A program made the position numbers and the translations under genes. DNA of 64,000 nt from an uncultured Nitrospiraceae bacterium (lineage in GTDB: Bacteria; Nitrospirota; Thermodesulfovibrionia; Thermodesulfovibrionales; Dissulfurispiraceae), in contig CAVSHF010000003.1 in assembly GCA_963727805.1 (NCBI GenBank), forward strand, positions 2,336,001 to 2,400,000. Direction: 5' to 3'. The notes beneath the pieces are model-generated. The model was not told the origin of the DNA. It was given only the letters and a program-made list of their open reading frames with translations, and did no database searches. Positions 44,122 to 55,544 of the stretch are shown here, one piece after another (position 1 is the stretch's first letter; the number at the start of each line of letters is the position of its first letter).

Positions 44122-44212
44122 CTACATCATCAAATTCAAAAAGTAAAACGCAAATATTCTAAAATTGTTATCTGATTGTTGAATTTTGATATTTACATTT
44201 TACTTTTTTTTA

Positions 44213-45319
44213 TTAAAGCCTCATGGGCATCACAACACATTTATAGTCTTCCCTGTCGTCCTCCATGAGCAGCACAGGGCTGAGCGGCTCATTTATCTTG
44301 AGTGTGATCATCTCCGCTTCCATAACGCTGAGCGCGTCCAGGAGATACCGTGCATTGAAAGCTATTGTCATTGCATCGCCATCGTACTTCACTGTTATCT
44401 CGTCCTTGGCATCTCCGAGATCGGGATTGGAGGTCGAGATGACCATAGCGTCAGTATTGATATCAACCTTCACGGCGCTGCTTCTTTCTTTACTAAAAAT
44501 GGATACGATCTTAAGAGACTTGCTGAAGGCATCTCGGCCGACGCTGAGGGTCTTGTGATTGTCTGACGGGATAACCTGCTCGTAATTCGGATAGGTCCCC
44601 TCGATAAGCCGTGTCAAAAATTGTATGCTTCCTACTGAAAAAAGTATGTGGTTTTTCCCGATCGTAAGCTTCACCGGTTTCTGCTCTTCATCGAGGAACC
44701 GCCTCAGCTCCGAGACGGACTTTCTCGATAGGATAAGCTTCATTTCCTCACTGAGTGGCTCGGAAATCTTTTTCTGGGATAGTGCAAGCCGGTGTCCATC
44801 GGTGCCCACTACATTGAGGATCTGGTCGGTCTTCAAATGGAAAAGGAGCCCATTTAGAACATATCGCGTATCCGATTCTCCCGCGGCGTACAAGGTCTTT
44901 TCGATCGTGTCGAGAAGGGTTACCGTATCAAGTTCGACTTCTTTGGCTTCAGCGGTCGAGATTAAAGGCCAGACAGGGAACTCTTCAGGCGATATGCAGG
45001 CGAGCCTGAAATGGCTCTTTCCGCACTTGATCTTAACCCACTGATTATCGGCCGACTCGATGATAAGCTCTCCATCCATCTCCCTGACAATCTCGAAAAG
45101 TTTCTTGGCAGGAATACACATCTTCCCTTCTTCAAGAACGGTCAATTCGATGGGCCCTTTGAGAGCCGTTTCAAGATCGGTGGCCGTAATCGTAGATCCC
45201 GTGCTTTCCGCGGAGAGGAGAAAATTGTTGAGGACCGGCATGGTATTTCGTTTTTCAACAATATTCTGGATGTCGGAAAGTTTCTTCAGCAGCTCGTTTC
45301 TGTCGACTTTTACCTTCAT
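44213..45319 (-). CDS. dnaN: DNA polymerase III beta clamp
   Basis: ATDLE, GTDGHRLA, C-terminal VVMPMRL. Confidence 0.97.
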   Translation of the reverse strand: MKVKVDRNELLKKLSDIQNIVEKRNTMPVLNNFLLSAESTGSTITATDLETALKGPIELTVLEEGKMCIPAKKLFEIVREMDGELIIESADNQWVKIKCGKSHFRLACISPEEFPVWPLISTAEAKEVELDTVTLLDTIEKTLYAAGESDTRYVLNGLLFHLKTDQILNVVGTDGHRLALSQKKISEPLSEEMKLILSRKSVSELRRFLDEEQKPVKLTIGKNHILFSVGSIQFLTRLIEGTYPNYEQVIPSDNHKTLSVGRDAFSKSLKIVSIFSKERSSAVKVDINTDAMVISTSNPDLGDAKDEITVKYDGDAMTIAFNARYLLDALSVMEAEMITLKINEPLSPVLLMEDDREDYKCVVMPMRL

Positions 45320-45357
45320 GGTTCCTCCAATCTTGAGCCGTATTATTTCCTGTTAAC

Positions 45358-46707
45358 CTAAGATACCTTTATCTTCTTGACGATATTGTCAATACCCTTG
45401 TTCAGGTTCTCATCTGAGGATCTCTTTTCTTCTATTTGCTTGCATGAATAAATCACTGTCGCATGGTCTTTGCCGCCGAAGGCCCTTCCGATATCACTGA
45501 GTGAAAGCGGTGTAAGTTGTTTGGATATATACATCGCAATCTGCCTTGCATTGGCGATCTCTTTCGTCCTCTTTTTGCCCTTGATATCGACAGGCTTGAC
45601 GCCGAAATGGTCGCTTACCGCTTTGACAATCCCTTCAATCGTCAATGGCTTGTCCTCATCGGAAATGAGGTCCTTGAGCACATTTCTGGCGAGGGTAATA
45701 TCAATCGGCATTCCTGTAAGGGAGGAATGGGCGCCAAGCTTGATAAGACACCCTTCAAGCTCTCTGATATTAGACTTGACGCGCGAGGCGATAAAATAGG
45801 CGACATCTTCAGGCACGATAAGCCTTTCAGCTTCGGCTTTTTTATACAGGATTGCAACCTTTGTTTCAACCTCGGGGCATTGGATGTCGGCAATAAGCCC
45901 CATACCGAACCTAGACCTGAGTCTGTCCGTAATATCGGATATATCCATGGGCGCTCTGTCGCTCGATACTACGATCTGGCTCTGGCGCGCATAAAGAGAA
46001 TTGAATGTATGGAAAAATTCCTCCTGGGTTGCGGTTTTGCCGGCGATAAACTGGATATCATCCACTAACAGTATATCAGCAGTTCGGTATTTGTCCTTGA
46101 ATTCTCCCATCTTCTCATGCCTGATCGAAGAAATCACTTCATTCGTGAATTGCTCGGCCGAAACATAATAGATCACCTTCCCTGGGAATTTATCGACAAT
46201 CTCATTGCCGATCGCATTTATCAAATGCGTTTTCCCGAGTCCTACTCCGCCATAGATAAAGAGCGGGTTGTAGACACTCCCCGGTCCTTCGCATATTCTC
46301 TTTGCAGCCGCATGGGCGAACTGATTCGATGGGCCCACGACAAAGGTATCAAAGGTGTATTTTGGGTTCAGGTAAATCCCTCTGCTCGCAAGCCTCGTCC
46401 GTCTGCTCTCATACTTCGAGTCGATCTTCTTTAAAACCACATCTTCCTTGGCGCCTATCCTGAATTTGACAGAGACGGTATGTCCAAGATCTCCTTCCAT
46501 GGCCTCGCTGATAAGATTGGGATAATTGTCCTCAACCCAGTCCTTGAAGAACCTGTTCGGTATTTCTATCGAGACCGTCTTGTCCTTCAGCTGAAGAAGC
46601 TTCATAGGCTTGAACCATAATTCAAAGACACTATCTCCCACCTGCTCGTGTATCTTTGAAAAGGCACTATTCCACAAATCCTCTTTTCCGCTCATTCCCT
46701 CTGCCAT
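45358..46707 (-). CDS. dnaA: Chromosomal replication initiator DnaA
   Basis: NPLFIYGGVGLGKTHL, DDIQF, GGKDHATV; start uncertain (ATG 46707 or 46695). Confidence 0.97.
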   Translation of the reverse strand: MAEGMSGKEDLWNSAFSKIHEQVGDSVFELWFKPMKLLQLKDKTVSIEIPNRFFKDWVEDNYPNLISEAMEGDLGHTVSVKFRIGAKEDVVLKKIDSKYESRRTRLASRGIYLNPKYTFDTFVVGPSNQFAHAAAKRICEGPGSVYNPLFIYGGVGLGKTHLINAIGNEIVDKFPGKVIYYVSAEQFTNEVISSIRHEKMGEFKDKYRTADILLVDDIQFIAGKTATQEEFFHTFNSLYARQSQIVVSSDRAPMDISDITDRLRSRFGMGLIADIQCPEVETKVAILYKKAEAERLIVPEDVAYFIASRVKSNIRELEGCLIKLGAHSSLTGMPIDITLARNVLKDLISDEDKPLTIEGIVKAVSDHFGVKPVDIKGKKRTKEIANARQIAMYISKQLTPLSLSDIGRAFGGKDHATVIYSCKQIEEKRSSDENLNKGIDNIVKKIKVS

Positions 46708-46709
46708 AA

Positions 46710-47025
46710 TGAAATTAAATTTTGTTTTAGATATATTTATCAACAACTAATTAACAATTGTTAAAAACTCAGGACCATTCTTCCCGCTCATTATAGCCTA
46801 TCCGGAAAAAACAGGGCAATATAATGTTAGTTACTCTGTGCATAAAAAAACATTAACGCTTTGTGCACTTTCAAATGAAAACTTACAAAGTTTATGCTGC
46901 CATTCAAGCTATTGAAAATCAATTATAATTTCCTCTTATTAACATATCAGCAGCTCCTATTAGTGCTACTTTAAAGACTTATATATAAAAGAATAATAGA
47001 GAAGAACCAATAAAATTAAATTAAA
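46710..47025. other. Probable chromosomal origin oriC
   Basis: DnaA-box-like TTATCAACA 46737, TGTTAAAAA 46759, TGTGCATAA 46837, TTATTAACA 46936; NAN trio run at 46954-46971; AT-rich tract 46972-47025. Confidence 0.8.
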
Positions 47026-48119
47026 CCAATTTAAGAGACGCTGTTATAAAAACATCTATACGTCCATCAAGAACAGCATCGACATCCCCAACCTCAACAT
47101 TTGTTCTGTGATCTTTCACAAGACGGTAAGGCTGGAGCGTATATGACCTAATCTGACTGCCCCATGATATCTCCTTTTTATCTCCGATAAATCCTTCAAT
47201 TTTCTTCTCTCTCGATTTAAGAGTCAAATCATAAATCCTTGACCTGACAATTTTCATAGCTAGCTCTTTATTTCTTAATTGGGAACGCTCACTCTGACAG
47301 GCGACAATTATACCTGTCGGAATATGAGTAATACGAACGGCAGAAGAAACCTTGTTAACATGTTGCCCACCTGCACCTGATGCCCTAAAAGTGTCAATCT
47401 TAAGGTCTTCATCCCTTATCTCAACGGCTATAGTATCTGCTATTTCCGGATAAATAAGCACTGCAGCAAAAGAGGTATGCCTTCTTTTATTTGCATCAAA
47501 AGGAGATATCCTGACAAGACGGTGAACTCCCGCCTCGGCTTTCAGATAACCATATGCATAAGGGCCTTCGACAGTAAATGTCACCCCTTTAATTCCTGCT
47601 TCATCACCTATCTGAAGATCAGCTATCTCTGTTTTATATCCGTGAGTTTCAGCCCAGCGAAGGTACATTCTCATCAGCATCTGTGCCCAGTCCTGGCTCT
47701 CGACGCCTCCTGCTCCGGGATGAATGGTTACTATGGCGTTATTTTTATCAGCTTCACCGGAAAGAAGCAGTCTCAATTCAACTTCGTCAAGATACGATCT
47801 TAATCCAGCAAGCTCCCGGCTGATTTCTTCTGAAAATATCTCACCCTCATCTTCGTCGAGAAGTTCGATAGATTCTTCAATATAAGAGGCCCTCTTGAGG
47901 GCGGATTCCAATGGAGTCAGATTCTCAAGGATGTCAGCCTTTTTCTTTTGGAGCGTTTTCAATCTGTCAGGAGACGTCCAGACCTCTTCGGACGAAAGGT
48001 CTTTTTCTATCAATGCAAGGTCTTCTCTTCTCTTATCAACATCAAAGATAACCTCGTAGTGAGGAGAGTCTCTCTTTTATTTTCTTCAGGTCTTCCTGAA
48101 GTTCATTCTGTAAAATCAT
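47021..48119 (-). CDS. prfB: Peptide chain release factor 2 with a programmed +1 frameshift (~365 aa)
   Basis: ATG 48119 behind GGAGG; CTT TGA at codons 25-26 (48042-48047) preceded by SD-like CGAGGT; SPF and GGQ motifs in the +1 frame. Confidence 0.96.
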
Positions 48120-48142
48120 AATGTTTACCTCCACAGTTCAAA

Positions 48143-49693
48143 TTATCTTTTGCGGAATTTAATGATCAGAAGCAGGGATAGGACTATACAGAAGAACGAG
48201 AAGAGATCGCCGTACTTGGTGTAGAAAGTCAATGTCCTATCCGTCTTGAAGGTCGCCTTAATCGCTGTCCTGGTGAAGAGTTCCGTTGTTGTCAATATCC
48301 TTCCGCTGCTGTCAATAAAACCTGAAATACCGGTATTGGCGGCCCTGATCACCGGCTTCCTGTTTTCGATGGCCCTGAACACCGCCATGCTGAAGTGTTG
48401 ATAAGCGCCGTTAGTCTTCCCGAACCAAGCATCATTGGTTACCGTTACAATAAAATCGCCGCCTTTTGTATAGAACTTACGTACTAGCCCGGGTAGTGTG
48501 ATCTCATAACAGATGGGGGTGCTAAAACTACCAAAGGGAGTTACCGCTTTGGTATAACTATCCCCGGGGAGATAGTCCCCTATGCCGACAACAAGTTTAT
48601 TAATAAAAAAAAGGACATTCCGCAGGGGAACGTATTCGCCAAATGGAACCAAGTGAATTTTATCATAAAGGTAAGAAACCGTTCCATCTTTGGTAAGAAG
48701 CACAGTGCTGTTCGTGTATGTCTCCTTCGGATCGCTTTTCACCAGTATACTGCCAAACAGCAGGTAGGTATTAAGGCCCTTCTGATAAGAGATGAGTTCT
48801 TCGCTTAGTGTCTTGTCTGTTCCGAAGAAGAAAGGAACTGCGGTTTCAGGCCAGACAACAAGATCAGGGCCGGGAAGGTCGGCAGAGGGATTTACCGCTG
48901 CAAGTGTCAAGGTTCGGTAAACATCGAGCACGTATTTTTGATAAGTAGGGTCCCACTTTTTATCCTGTTCGATATTTCCCTGGATGGCGGCAACCTGTAA
49001 CGGAGCACCAGGCCTCTGCTGATGGAGCCGATAAAAACCGTACCCAAAATTCGCAATGAGTACGACGCCCAGAAGACAATAACCCGCATAGGTATGCAAA
49101 CGGGAATGAAGCGGCCGCTGCATCATCCGCTTTTTCATGATAAAGAAATCGGCGATGGCCCCGTTTACCGCAACAACGAGGAAAGATATGCCGTAAACGC
49201 CTATAATATCAGCGCTCTGAATCAAGCCCAGAAAGCGATATTGGCTGTAGCCGACACTTGACCAGGGGAAACCTGAAAAGGCGTAAGACCTGAGCATTTC
49301 AAGGGCGGTCCAGAGCACTGGTGCGACAAGAAGAGCGGGAAGGTCGGTCTTTTTGATGATCATCGAATACAAAGCGCAGAAAATCGCGGTATAAAGGCTT
49401 AAATATAGGCTCAGTACTAGCACGATCAAAAGGCTTGGCACAAAGGCTATGGAACCGAAATGGTTGATCGAATGGTAAATCCAGTAAACAGTACCAAAGA
49501 AATAGACAATACCAAAAGAGAGACCTGCTTTAAATGCCTCGCCTTTCGGTCTGTCGTATAAAATGACGAGAAGAGGAGCAAGGGCGAACCAGGCGAGAGG
49601 GAATATATCAAAAGAGGGAAACGAGAGAACAAAAAGCCCTCCCCCGAAAAGGGCATATAAGTATGCGTAATTTACACGTCCCGGCAGTATCAT
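48143..49693 (-). CDS. lnt: Apolipoprotein N-acyltransferase
   Basis: GFPW, QGNI, WPETA, KIHLVPFGEY, ICYE, TNDAWFG, RAANTGIS. Confidence 0.96.
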   Translation of the reverse strand: MILPGRVNYAYLYALFGGGLFVLSFPSFDIFPLAWFALAPLLVILYDRPKGEAFKAGLSFGIVYFFGTVYWIYHSINHFGSIAFVPSLLIVLVLSLYLSLYTAIFCALYSMIIKKTDLPALLVAPVLWTALEMLRSYAFSGFPWSSVGYSQYRFLGLIQSADIIGVYGISFLVVAVNGAIADFFIMKKRMMQRPLHSRLHTYAGYCLLGVVLIANFGYGFYRLHQQRPGAPLQVAAIQGNIEQDKKWDPTYQKYVLDVYRTLTLAAVNPSADLPGPDLVVWPETAVPFFFGTDKTLSEELISYQKGLNTYLLFGSILVKSDPKETYTNSTVLLTKDGTVSYLYDKIHLVPFGEYVPLRNVLFFINKLVVGIGDYLPGDSYTKAVTPFGSFSTPICYEITLPGLVRKFYTKGGDFIVTVTNDAWFGKTNGAYQHFSMAVFRAIENRKPVIRAANTGISGFIDSSGRILTTTELFTRTAIKATFKTDRTLTFYTKYGDLFSFFCIVLSLLLIIKFRKR

Positions 49694-49752
49694 CCTTAAT
49701 CTCCCCCAATCGGTAGTTTATGCAAGCCTTTTATGTTATCATAGAAAAAGTT

Positions 49753-50547
49753 ATGTCCGCTATTGTTATTATACCGTCCCGATATCAGTCTACCCGATTC
49801 CCCGGAAAACCCCTCTCCCTCCTCCTGAACAAGCCTATGATTCAGCATGTCTATGAACGCTCCAAGTTGGCCCGGCATATCAAGGAAGTCTTTGTCGCAA
49901 CCGATAGCAAGCTTATCTACGACACCGTCCGGGGATTTGGCGGTAATGCGGTCATGACTTCGGACACACATGCTTCGGGGACCGACAGGATTGCCGAAGC
50001 CGCCGCAGCAATGCGGAAAACGGGGCATGAGGCTGAGATCATCGTCAATGTTCAGGGTGACGAACCGATGATCATGCCCGAAATGATCGACGAAGTGGCA
50101 ACCCTGATGGATGACGAGAGGGTCGGGATAGGAACGCTTGTCAAAAAGATCGAAGACCCGACCGAGATAGATGATCCGAATATCGTCAAGGCTGTCTTTA
50201 ATGCTGAGGGTTTCGCCCTATATTTTTCACGCTCTCCGATTCCATATCACAGAGACCGCTTTTGTGGGGAAGCACAGAAACGCGGAAGCGCAGAAGAAAG
50301 AGACTCCTTGCCCTCTGCGCTGGTCATGTTCAAACACATAGGCATTTATGCTTTCAAATTTGACGTTTTAATTCAGTTTACGAAGCTCCCTCCTTCTCGG
50401 CTCGAAGAGATAGAGAAGCTAGAGCAGTTGAGAGCACTCGAGAACGGGATAACGATAAAGGTCAAAGAAACAATCTATGAAACCATCGGGGTGGATACCC
50501 CGATGGATCTAAAAAAGGTGGAAAAATGCCTAAGTATGTCTTCATAA
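49753..50547 (+). CDS. kdsB: CMP-KDO synthetase
   Basis: [35 protein letters not shown]. Confidence 0.96.
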   Translation: MSAIVIIPSRYQSTRFPGKPLSLLLNKPMIQHVYERSKLARHIKEVFVATDSKLIYDTVRGFGGNAVMTSDTHASGTDRIAEAAAAMRKTGHEAEIIVNVQGDEPMIMPEMIDEVATLMDDERVGIGTLVKKIEDPTEIDDPNIVKAVFNAEGFALYFSRSPIPYHRDRFCGEAQKRGSAEERDSLPSALVMFKHIGIYAFKFDVLIQFTKLPPSRLEEIEKLEQLRALENGITIKVKETIYETIGVDTPMDLKKVEKCLSMSS

Positions 50548-52166
50548 CTGGTGGAGTCGTTTCAGCACTAGGGAAGGGAATTGCGGCGGCGGCAATAGGG
50601 GCATTGCTCGAAGCCAAGGGCCTCAGGGTCACTATCCAGAAACTCGACCCCTATATCAATGTCGATCCCGGTACGCTAAGCCCCTTTGAACATGGCGAGG
50701 TCTTCGTCACCGACGATGGCTGCGAGACTGACCTCGACCTTGGCCATTACGAACGCTTTACGCATTTACGGGCCTCGGTGGTTAATAATTACACAACGGG
50801 TAAGATATACTTCAACGTAATAACCAAGGAGCGCAGAGGTGATTACCTCGGCGACACTGTGCAGGTGGTGCCCCATATTACCGACGAGATTCGGGAAGCT
50901 ATTAAGTCCGCAGCTTCAGAGGATTATGATATCAACATTGTCGAAATTGGTGGCACGGTTGGAGATATAGAAAGCCTTCCTTTCCTCGAGGCTATCAGGC
51001 AATTCCGCTATGATGTCGGAAAAGAGAATGTCCTCTATGTCCATCTGACATTGGTGCCTTTTATAAAAACAGCAGGCGAATTGAAGACAAAGCCGACTCA
51101 GCATAGTGTGAACGAGCTGCGGGAGATCGGTATTCAGCCGGACATACTGCTCTGCAGATCTGAGAGGCCCCTTCCACCTGAAATGAAGAGGAAGATTGCC
51201 ATCCATTGCAACCTCGACCCTGATGCTGTCATTGCGGCGCTGGATATGAGCACGGTTTATGAGGTGCCGAGCTCGTTCAAGTTGGAAGGACTCGATAAAT
51301 TAATCGAGAAGAAATTGTCACTCAATCTTCCGGAGCCTGATGTGGCTATATGGGACCAGGTTGTGGACAGGATAAAAAACCCAAAGTATGAATGCACCAT
51401 TGCCATCGTCGGGAAATATGTGAACCTTAAGGATGCGTATAAAAGCCTCGCAGAGGCTCTTATCCACGGAGGGATTGCCAACAATGCCCGCGTGCATTTG
51501 GAATGGGTTGATTCCGAAGATGTAGAGGTCTATGGCGCCGAACGATATCTATCCGAGGTCGACGGCATTCTAGTCCCTGGTGGTTTCGGGAGCCGAGGAA
51601 TCGAGGGGAAGATCGTAGCGGTCCAGTACGCACGGGAGAAGAAAATTCCCTACTTCGGAATCTGCCTCGGCATGCAGCTTGCGGTGATCGAATTTAGCCG
51701 CCATGTTTGTAATCTTTCGGCAAACAGCACTGAATTCGATCTCACGGTAAAAGACCCGGTCATCTATCTCATGGAACGCTGGTATAATCACCGTTCCGGC
51801 AAGGTCGAAGAGCGGTCTGTCGACTCCCAGATGGGTGGCACCATGAGGCTCGGCGCCTATCCAGCAGTTCTGCAGGAAGGTACCCATGCAATTAAGGCAT
51901 ATGGCGTGAAAGATATATTTGAAAGGCACCGCCACCGGTATGAATTCAATAATAAGTACCGCGAGCTGCTCATGTCCAAAGGGCTGGTGATCAGCGGCCT
52001 TTCTCCCGATGCGGAACTCGTCGAGATCGTGGAGATCAGGGATCATCCTTGGTTCCTTGGATGCCAATTTCATCCCGAGTTCAAGTCTAGGCCTATTGAG
52101 CCTCATCCTTTGTTCAGTGCGTTCATCGGCGCGGCCATAATGGAGAAGCGAGAACTGTTCCGGTAG
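50526..52166 (+). CDS. pyrG: CTP synthase
   Basis: [32 protein letters not shown]. Confidence 0.98.
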   Translation: MPKYVFITGGVVSALGKGIAAAAIGALLEAKGLRVTIQKLDPYINVDPGTLSPFEHGEVFVTDDGCETDLDLGHYERFTHLRASVVNNYTTGKIYFNVITKERRGDYLGDTVQVVPHITDEIREAIKSAASEDYDINIVEIGGTVGDIESLPFLEAIRQFRYDVGKENVLYVHLTLVPFIKTAGELKTKPTQHSVNELREIGIQPDILLCRSERPLPPEMKRKIAIHCNLDPDAVIAALDMSTVYEVPSSFKLEGLDKLIEKKLSLNLPEPDVAIWDQVVDRIKNPKYECTIAIVGKYVNLKDAYKSLAEALIHGGIANNARVHLEWVDSEDVEVYGAERYLSEVDGILVPGGFGSRGIEGKIVAVQYAREKKIPYFGICLGMQLAVIEFSRHVCNLSANSTEFDLTVKDPVIYLMERWYNHRSGKVEERSVDSQMGGTMRLGAYPAVLQEGTHAIKAYGVKDIFERHRHRYEFNNKYRELLMSKGLVISGLSPDAELVEIVEIRDHPWFLGCQFHPEFKSRPIEPHPLFSAFIGAAIMEKRELFR

Positions 52167-52283
52167 TTCTATATTTTGTGGATTTGCAGATCGGTTAGAC
52201 CTTCAAACGTTGCCATTTCTTTATAGTATTCTACTGTTTTTATTTATATATTTTTATTAGAATGATAATGGAGGATCAGTCCG

Positions 52284-52853
52284 ATGAAGTCAACATTGAC
52301 GATATTTTTTCTCGGCGATTCCCTTACAGAATTTTTTGATTGGCAACAGCGGTTTGACGAACATGAGGTACTCAATCTTGGACTTGCAGGAGAAACTGTC
52401 CAGGGCCTTTCAGCTCGCATTCGCAGAATTATTGGGAATGCAAGCGCGCCCGATGTCCTCTTCATCATGACGGGCATCAACAATGTTGTTATGGATGATT
52501 ATGAGATTCTCGGACAATATAAAAGAATACTGAAGAGTCTCAAGACCGCATATCCTTCTACCACGATTGTCATTCAGAGCATCTTGCCGGTTACCATGTG
52601 GGGCGACAACTGTAAGATCGAGGAGATTAACCGGTTATTGATGGGGATTGCATGCGAATTAAAGATTTTATTTCTTGATGTTTACAGTCGCTTCGTCGAT
52701 GAAACGGGCAGGCCTCATGAAGAATATCTACAAGAAGATGGGGTCCATTTAAGTGAAAAAGGATATGAAATCTGGTCAGCTAAAGTCGATGAATTCCTTC
52801 ATCACTTGCCAAAAAAAAGTTCAAGCAAACGGTCAAGCTCATCTAGCGAATAG
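52284..52853 (+). CDS. SGNH/GDSL hydrolase
   Basis: FLGDSLT, G, GINN, DGVH blocks. Confidence 0.9.
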   Translation: MKSTLTIFFLGDSLTEFFDWQQRFDEHEVLNLGLAGETVQGLSARIRRIIGNASAPDVLFIMTGINNVVMDDYEILGQYKRILKSLKTAYPSTTIVIQSILPVTMWGDNCKIEEINRLLMGIACELKILFLDVYSRFVDETGRPHEEYLQEDGVHLSEKGYEIWSAKVDEFLHHLPKKSSSKRSSSSSE

Positions 52854-53641
52854 TACTCGATTTCAATTCTTCCCTTTTTTCCTTTGTGCCGGATGCTGAC
52901 CTTTGTGCCCAGTGCCTGAATCAGTCTATCTTCAAGATCCGCTACCTCTGGAAGCTTTCGCTTTTCCTTTTTCACAGATGCCGAGACTTGTGAGGGACCA
53001 GTTCGATTATTGCAGAGGAACTCGGCGGCCCTGACGCTCAATCCCTCACGGACGATCTTTTTAGCGGCCGCAATCTGTTTGTGTTTGTCTTCGATTGAAA
53101 GCAGGGCCTTGGCATGGCCGATTGTAAGACTGCCTTCATTGACAAGGGCCTTTATTTCGTCCGGTAATTTGAGGATTCGAAGGTAGTTCGCTACCGTCGC
53201 ACGATCCTTTCCCACCCGATCCGAAAGGGCTTCCTGCGTTAACTTGAAGTCTTTCATAAGGCTCTGGAAGGCATTGGCGGTCTCGATTGGATTGAGCTCT
53301 TCGCGCTGAATATTTTCTATGAGAGCAATTTCGATCGCGTCTTGTGAAGAGACATCTTTTACGAGGGCGGGTATCTTTCTAAGTCCTGCCAAAGATGAGG
53401 CTCGCCATCTCCGTTCTCCCGCGATGAGCCTAAAGGTACCATCTCCCACCCGAGATACGATAACGGGTTGGAGTACACCTTTTTCCTTTATTGAAGCCGC
53501 AAGCTCCTTGAGAGTGTCATCTTTAAATACCTTTCGCGGCTGATTCTCATTGGGGAAGACCTTTCCTACTTCGATCTCGATGACCTCGCTCCCTCTGTCA
53601 GGAAGCAAAGCGTCAAGGCCTTTACCGAGCGCTGCTTTCAT
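52802..53641 (-). CDS. parB: Chromosome partitioning protein ParB
   Basis: ALGKGLDALL, GERRWRA, ENIQRE, HTH. Confidence 0.95.
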   Translation of the reverse strand: MKAALGKGLDALLPDRGSEVIEIEVGKVFPNENQPRKVFKDDTLKELAASIKEKGVLQPVIVSRVGDGTFRLIAGERRWRASSLAGLRKIPALVKDVSSQDAIEIALIENIQREELNPIETANAFQSLMKDFKLTQEALSDRVGKDRATVANYLRILKLPDEIKALVNEGSLTIGHAKALLSIEDKHKQIAAAKKIVREGLSVRAAEFLCNNRTGPSQVSASVKKEKRKLPEVADLEDRLIQALGTKVSIRHKGKKGRIEIEYYSLDELDRLLELFFGK

Positions 53642-54392
53642 GTAATATCTCCTTTGCAAGGGCAATGTAGCTCTGGGCCCCTTTGGATCGTGCGTCGTAG
53701 AGGATCGCGGGCTTGCCATGACTGGGTGCTTCTCCTAGCGTGACATTACGCGGGATCAGAGTCTCGTACACCTTCTCACCGAAATGTTTTTTAACCTCCT
53801 CGGCGACCTGACGGGACAAGGTAATGCGCGGATCGAACATTGTTAGCAGGATCCCCTCTATGTCGAGGTTCGGATTGAAAGAAGATCTAACGAGCTTGAG
53901 GGTCCTTGTCAATAGGCTGAGCCCTTCAAGGGAATAATATTCGCACTGGACCGGTACGATTATTGAGTCTGCGGCAACGAGCCCGTTCAAGGTTAAAAGA
54001 CCGAGTGAAGGGGGGCAATCTATGAAGATATAGCGGTACCTTTCTTTGATGCCCGACAGTGCATTGAGAAGGGTTTTTTCCCGGTCATTCCTGTTGATGA
54101 GTTCAACTTCGACTGCAAGGAGGTCTATCGTGGAAGGAACGATATGCAGGTGCGGGATCCCCGTCTCGCTTACAGCCTCCTCAAGGGTATACTTTCCCGT
54201 GTATACATCGTACAGACTTTTGTCGATTTCGCTCCTGTTTATTCCAAGTCCGCTGGTGAGGTTTCCTTGCGGGTCTGTGTCCACCACGAGGATATTCTGT
54301 CCTGCAAGGGCCAGAGACGCCGAAAGATTGACGGCTGTCGTCGTCTTTCCGACGCCACCCTTCTGATTCGCAATGACAACGGTTTTTCCCAT
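53622..54392 (-). CDS. parA: Chromosome partitioning ATPase ParA/Soj
   Basis: NQKGGVGKTTT, DTDPQGN, DCPPSLG, QCEYY. Confidence 0.96.
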   Translation of the reverse strand: MGKTVVIANQKGGVGKTTTAVNLSASLALAGQNILVVDTDPQGNLTSGLGINRSEIDKSLYDVYTGKYTLEEAVSETGIPHLHIVPSTIDLLAVEVELINRNDREKTLLNALSGIKERYRYIFIDCPPSLGLLTLNGLVAADSIIVPVQCEYYSLEGLSLLTRTLKLVRSSFNPNLDIEGILLTMFDPRITLSRQVAEEVKKHFGEKVYETLIPRNVTLGEAPSHGKPAILYDARSKGAQSYIALAKEILHESSAR

Positions 54393-54679
54393 AAGAGAAA
54401 ATATTGTATCATTTTCTCAAAACATATTACTAATACTGCTGTAATTTAATACAGGGCAGATTATTGTTATGATTATATTCTGATATATATTTATTGTCTT
54501 CGCTTTTCGGGGATGACTGTTTTGTTACCCGGTCTTTTGGGTGGTGTTTATAATTCAAGCTTAGAAATAGTATAATAAACAACATCTTTGACTTGATAAT
54601 AAAAGAAGCAAAGGCTTCAAAAAATTAAAGATGAATAATATCGGCTAAGGGAAGAAGATAGAGCCGTCAAGGAGGAGAA

Positions 54680-55255
54680 ATGGCAGAGAACGTAGAGATG
54701 CGCTGGCATGGAAGGGGAGGCCAGGGGACTGTTACGGCAGTCAAAGTGTTTGCGGATGCATGCTTAAGTGGAGGGCGTTATGTCCAAGCCTTTCCCGAGT
54801 ATGGTCCGGAAAGAGCGGGAGCACCTCTTCGTGCATTCAACAGGATAAGTGACAAGCCGCTCCGGCTGCATTGTCCCGTGACAAAACCGAACATTGTAGT
54901 AGTCGTAGATGCAACGCTCCTCGATAGTGTTAAAATCACTGATGGCACACCGGATGACGCGGCATTTATTGTCAACAGCTCAAAAGATCCGAAAGCTATT
55001 CGCGACAAGATAAAGGCGAAGCCCACCCAGAAAATCTTCACGATTGACGCGACCAAGATATCGATTGAGACCATTGGACGTCCGATGCCGAATGCTTCCC
55101 TAGTCGGTACCGTTGCCAAGGTTTCCGGCCTACTGAGCCTTGAGGCTGCCCTTAATGATGTCAAGAAGAGTTTTGGCGAGAAGTTTCCCCAGAAGATCAT
55201 TGATGGGAACCTCGAAGCGACGAGACGGGGTTATGAGGAGGTAAAGGAAGGATGA
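54680..55255 (+). CDS. porC: Pyruvate/2-oxoacid:ferredoxin oxidoreductase gamma subunit
   Basis: RWHGRGGQG, FPEYGPERAGAP. Confidence 0.9.
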   Translation: MAENVEMRWHGRGGQGTVTAVKVFADACLSGGRYVQAFPEYGPERAGAPLRAFNRISDKPLRLHCPVTKPNIVVVVDATLLDSVKITDGTPDDAAFIVNSSKDPKAIRDKIKAKPTQKIFTIDATKISIETIGRPMPNASLVGTVAKVSGLLSLEAALNDVKKSFGEKFPQKIIDGNLEATRRGYEEVKEG

Positions 55256-55542
55256 AGACCTGGAAAGAACTTACACCTGGCGGAACCATTACAGAACCAG
55301 GCAGCGCTCGCAAGTTCAAGACTGGTTCATGGCGTGCCTACAAGCCAAGATGGATTGAAGCAAATTGCATCCAGTGTATGCTCTGCTGGATTTACTGTCC
55401 CGATATGGCTATCAAGACCAAGAAAGATGGCAAACGGGCTGAGTTCGACTACGACTATTGCAAAGGGTGCGGTATTTGTGCCCTCGAGTGTCCTGGTAAA
55501 AAAGGCAACAAGGCAATTGTCATGGAAGAGGAGGGCGATTAA
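55252..55542 (+). CDS. porD: PFOR delta subunit (2x[4Fe-4S])
   Basis: TGSWR, CxxCxxCxxxCP twice. Confidence 0.92.
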   Translation: MKTWKELTPGGTITEPGSARKFKTGSWRAYKPRWIEANCIQCMLCWIYCPDMAIKTKKDGKRAEFDYDYCKGCGICALECPGKKGNKAIVMEEEGD

Positions 55543-55544
55543 TA

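Noticed and set aside
50255..50320. Short insertion in kdsB
   Set aside because: In-frame low-complexity loop with no sign of an intein or mobile element.
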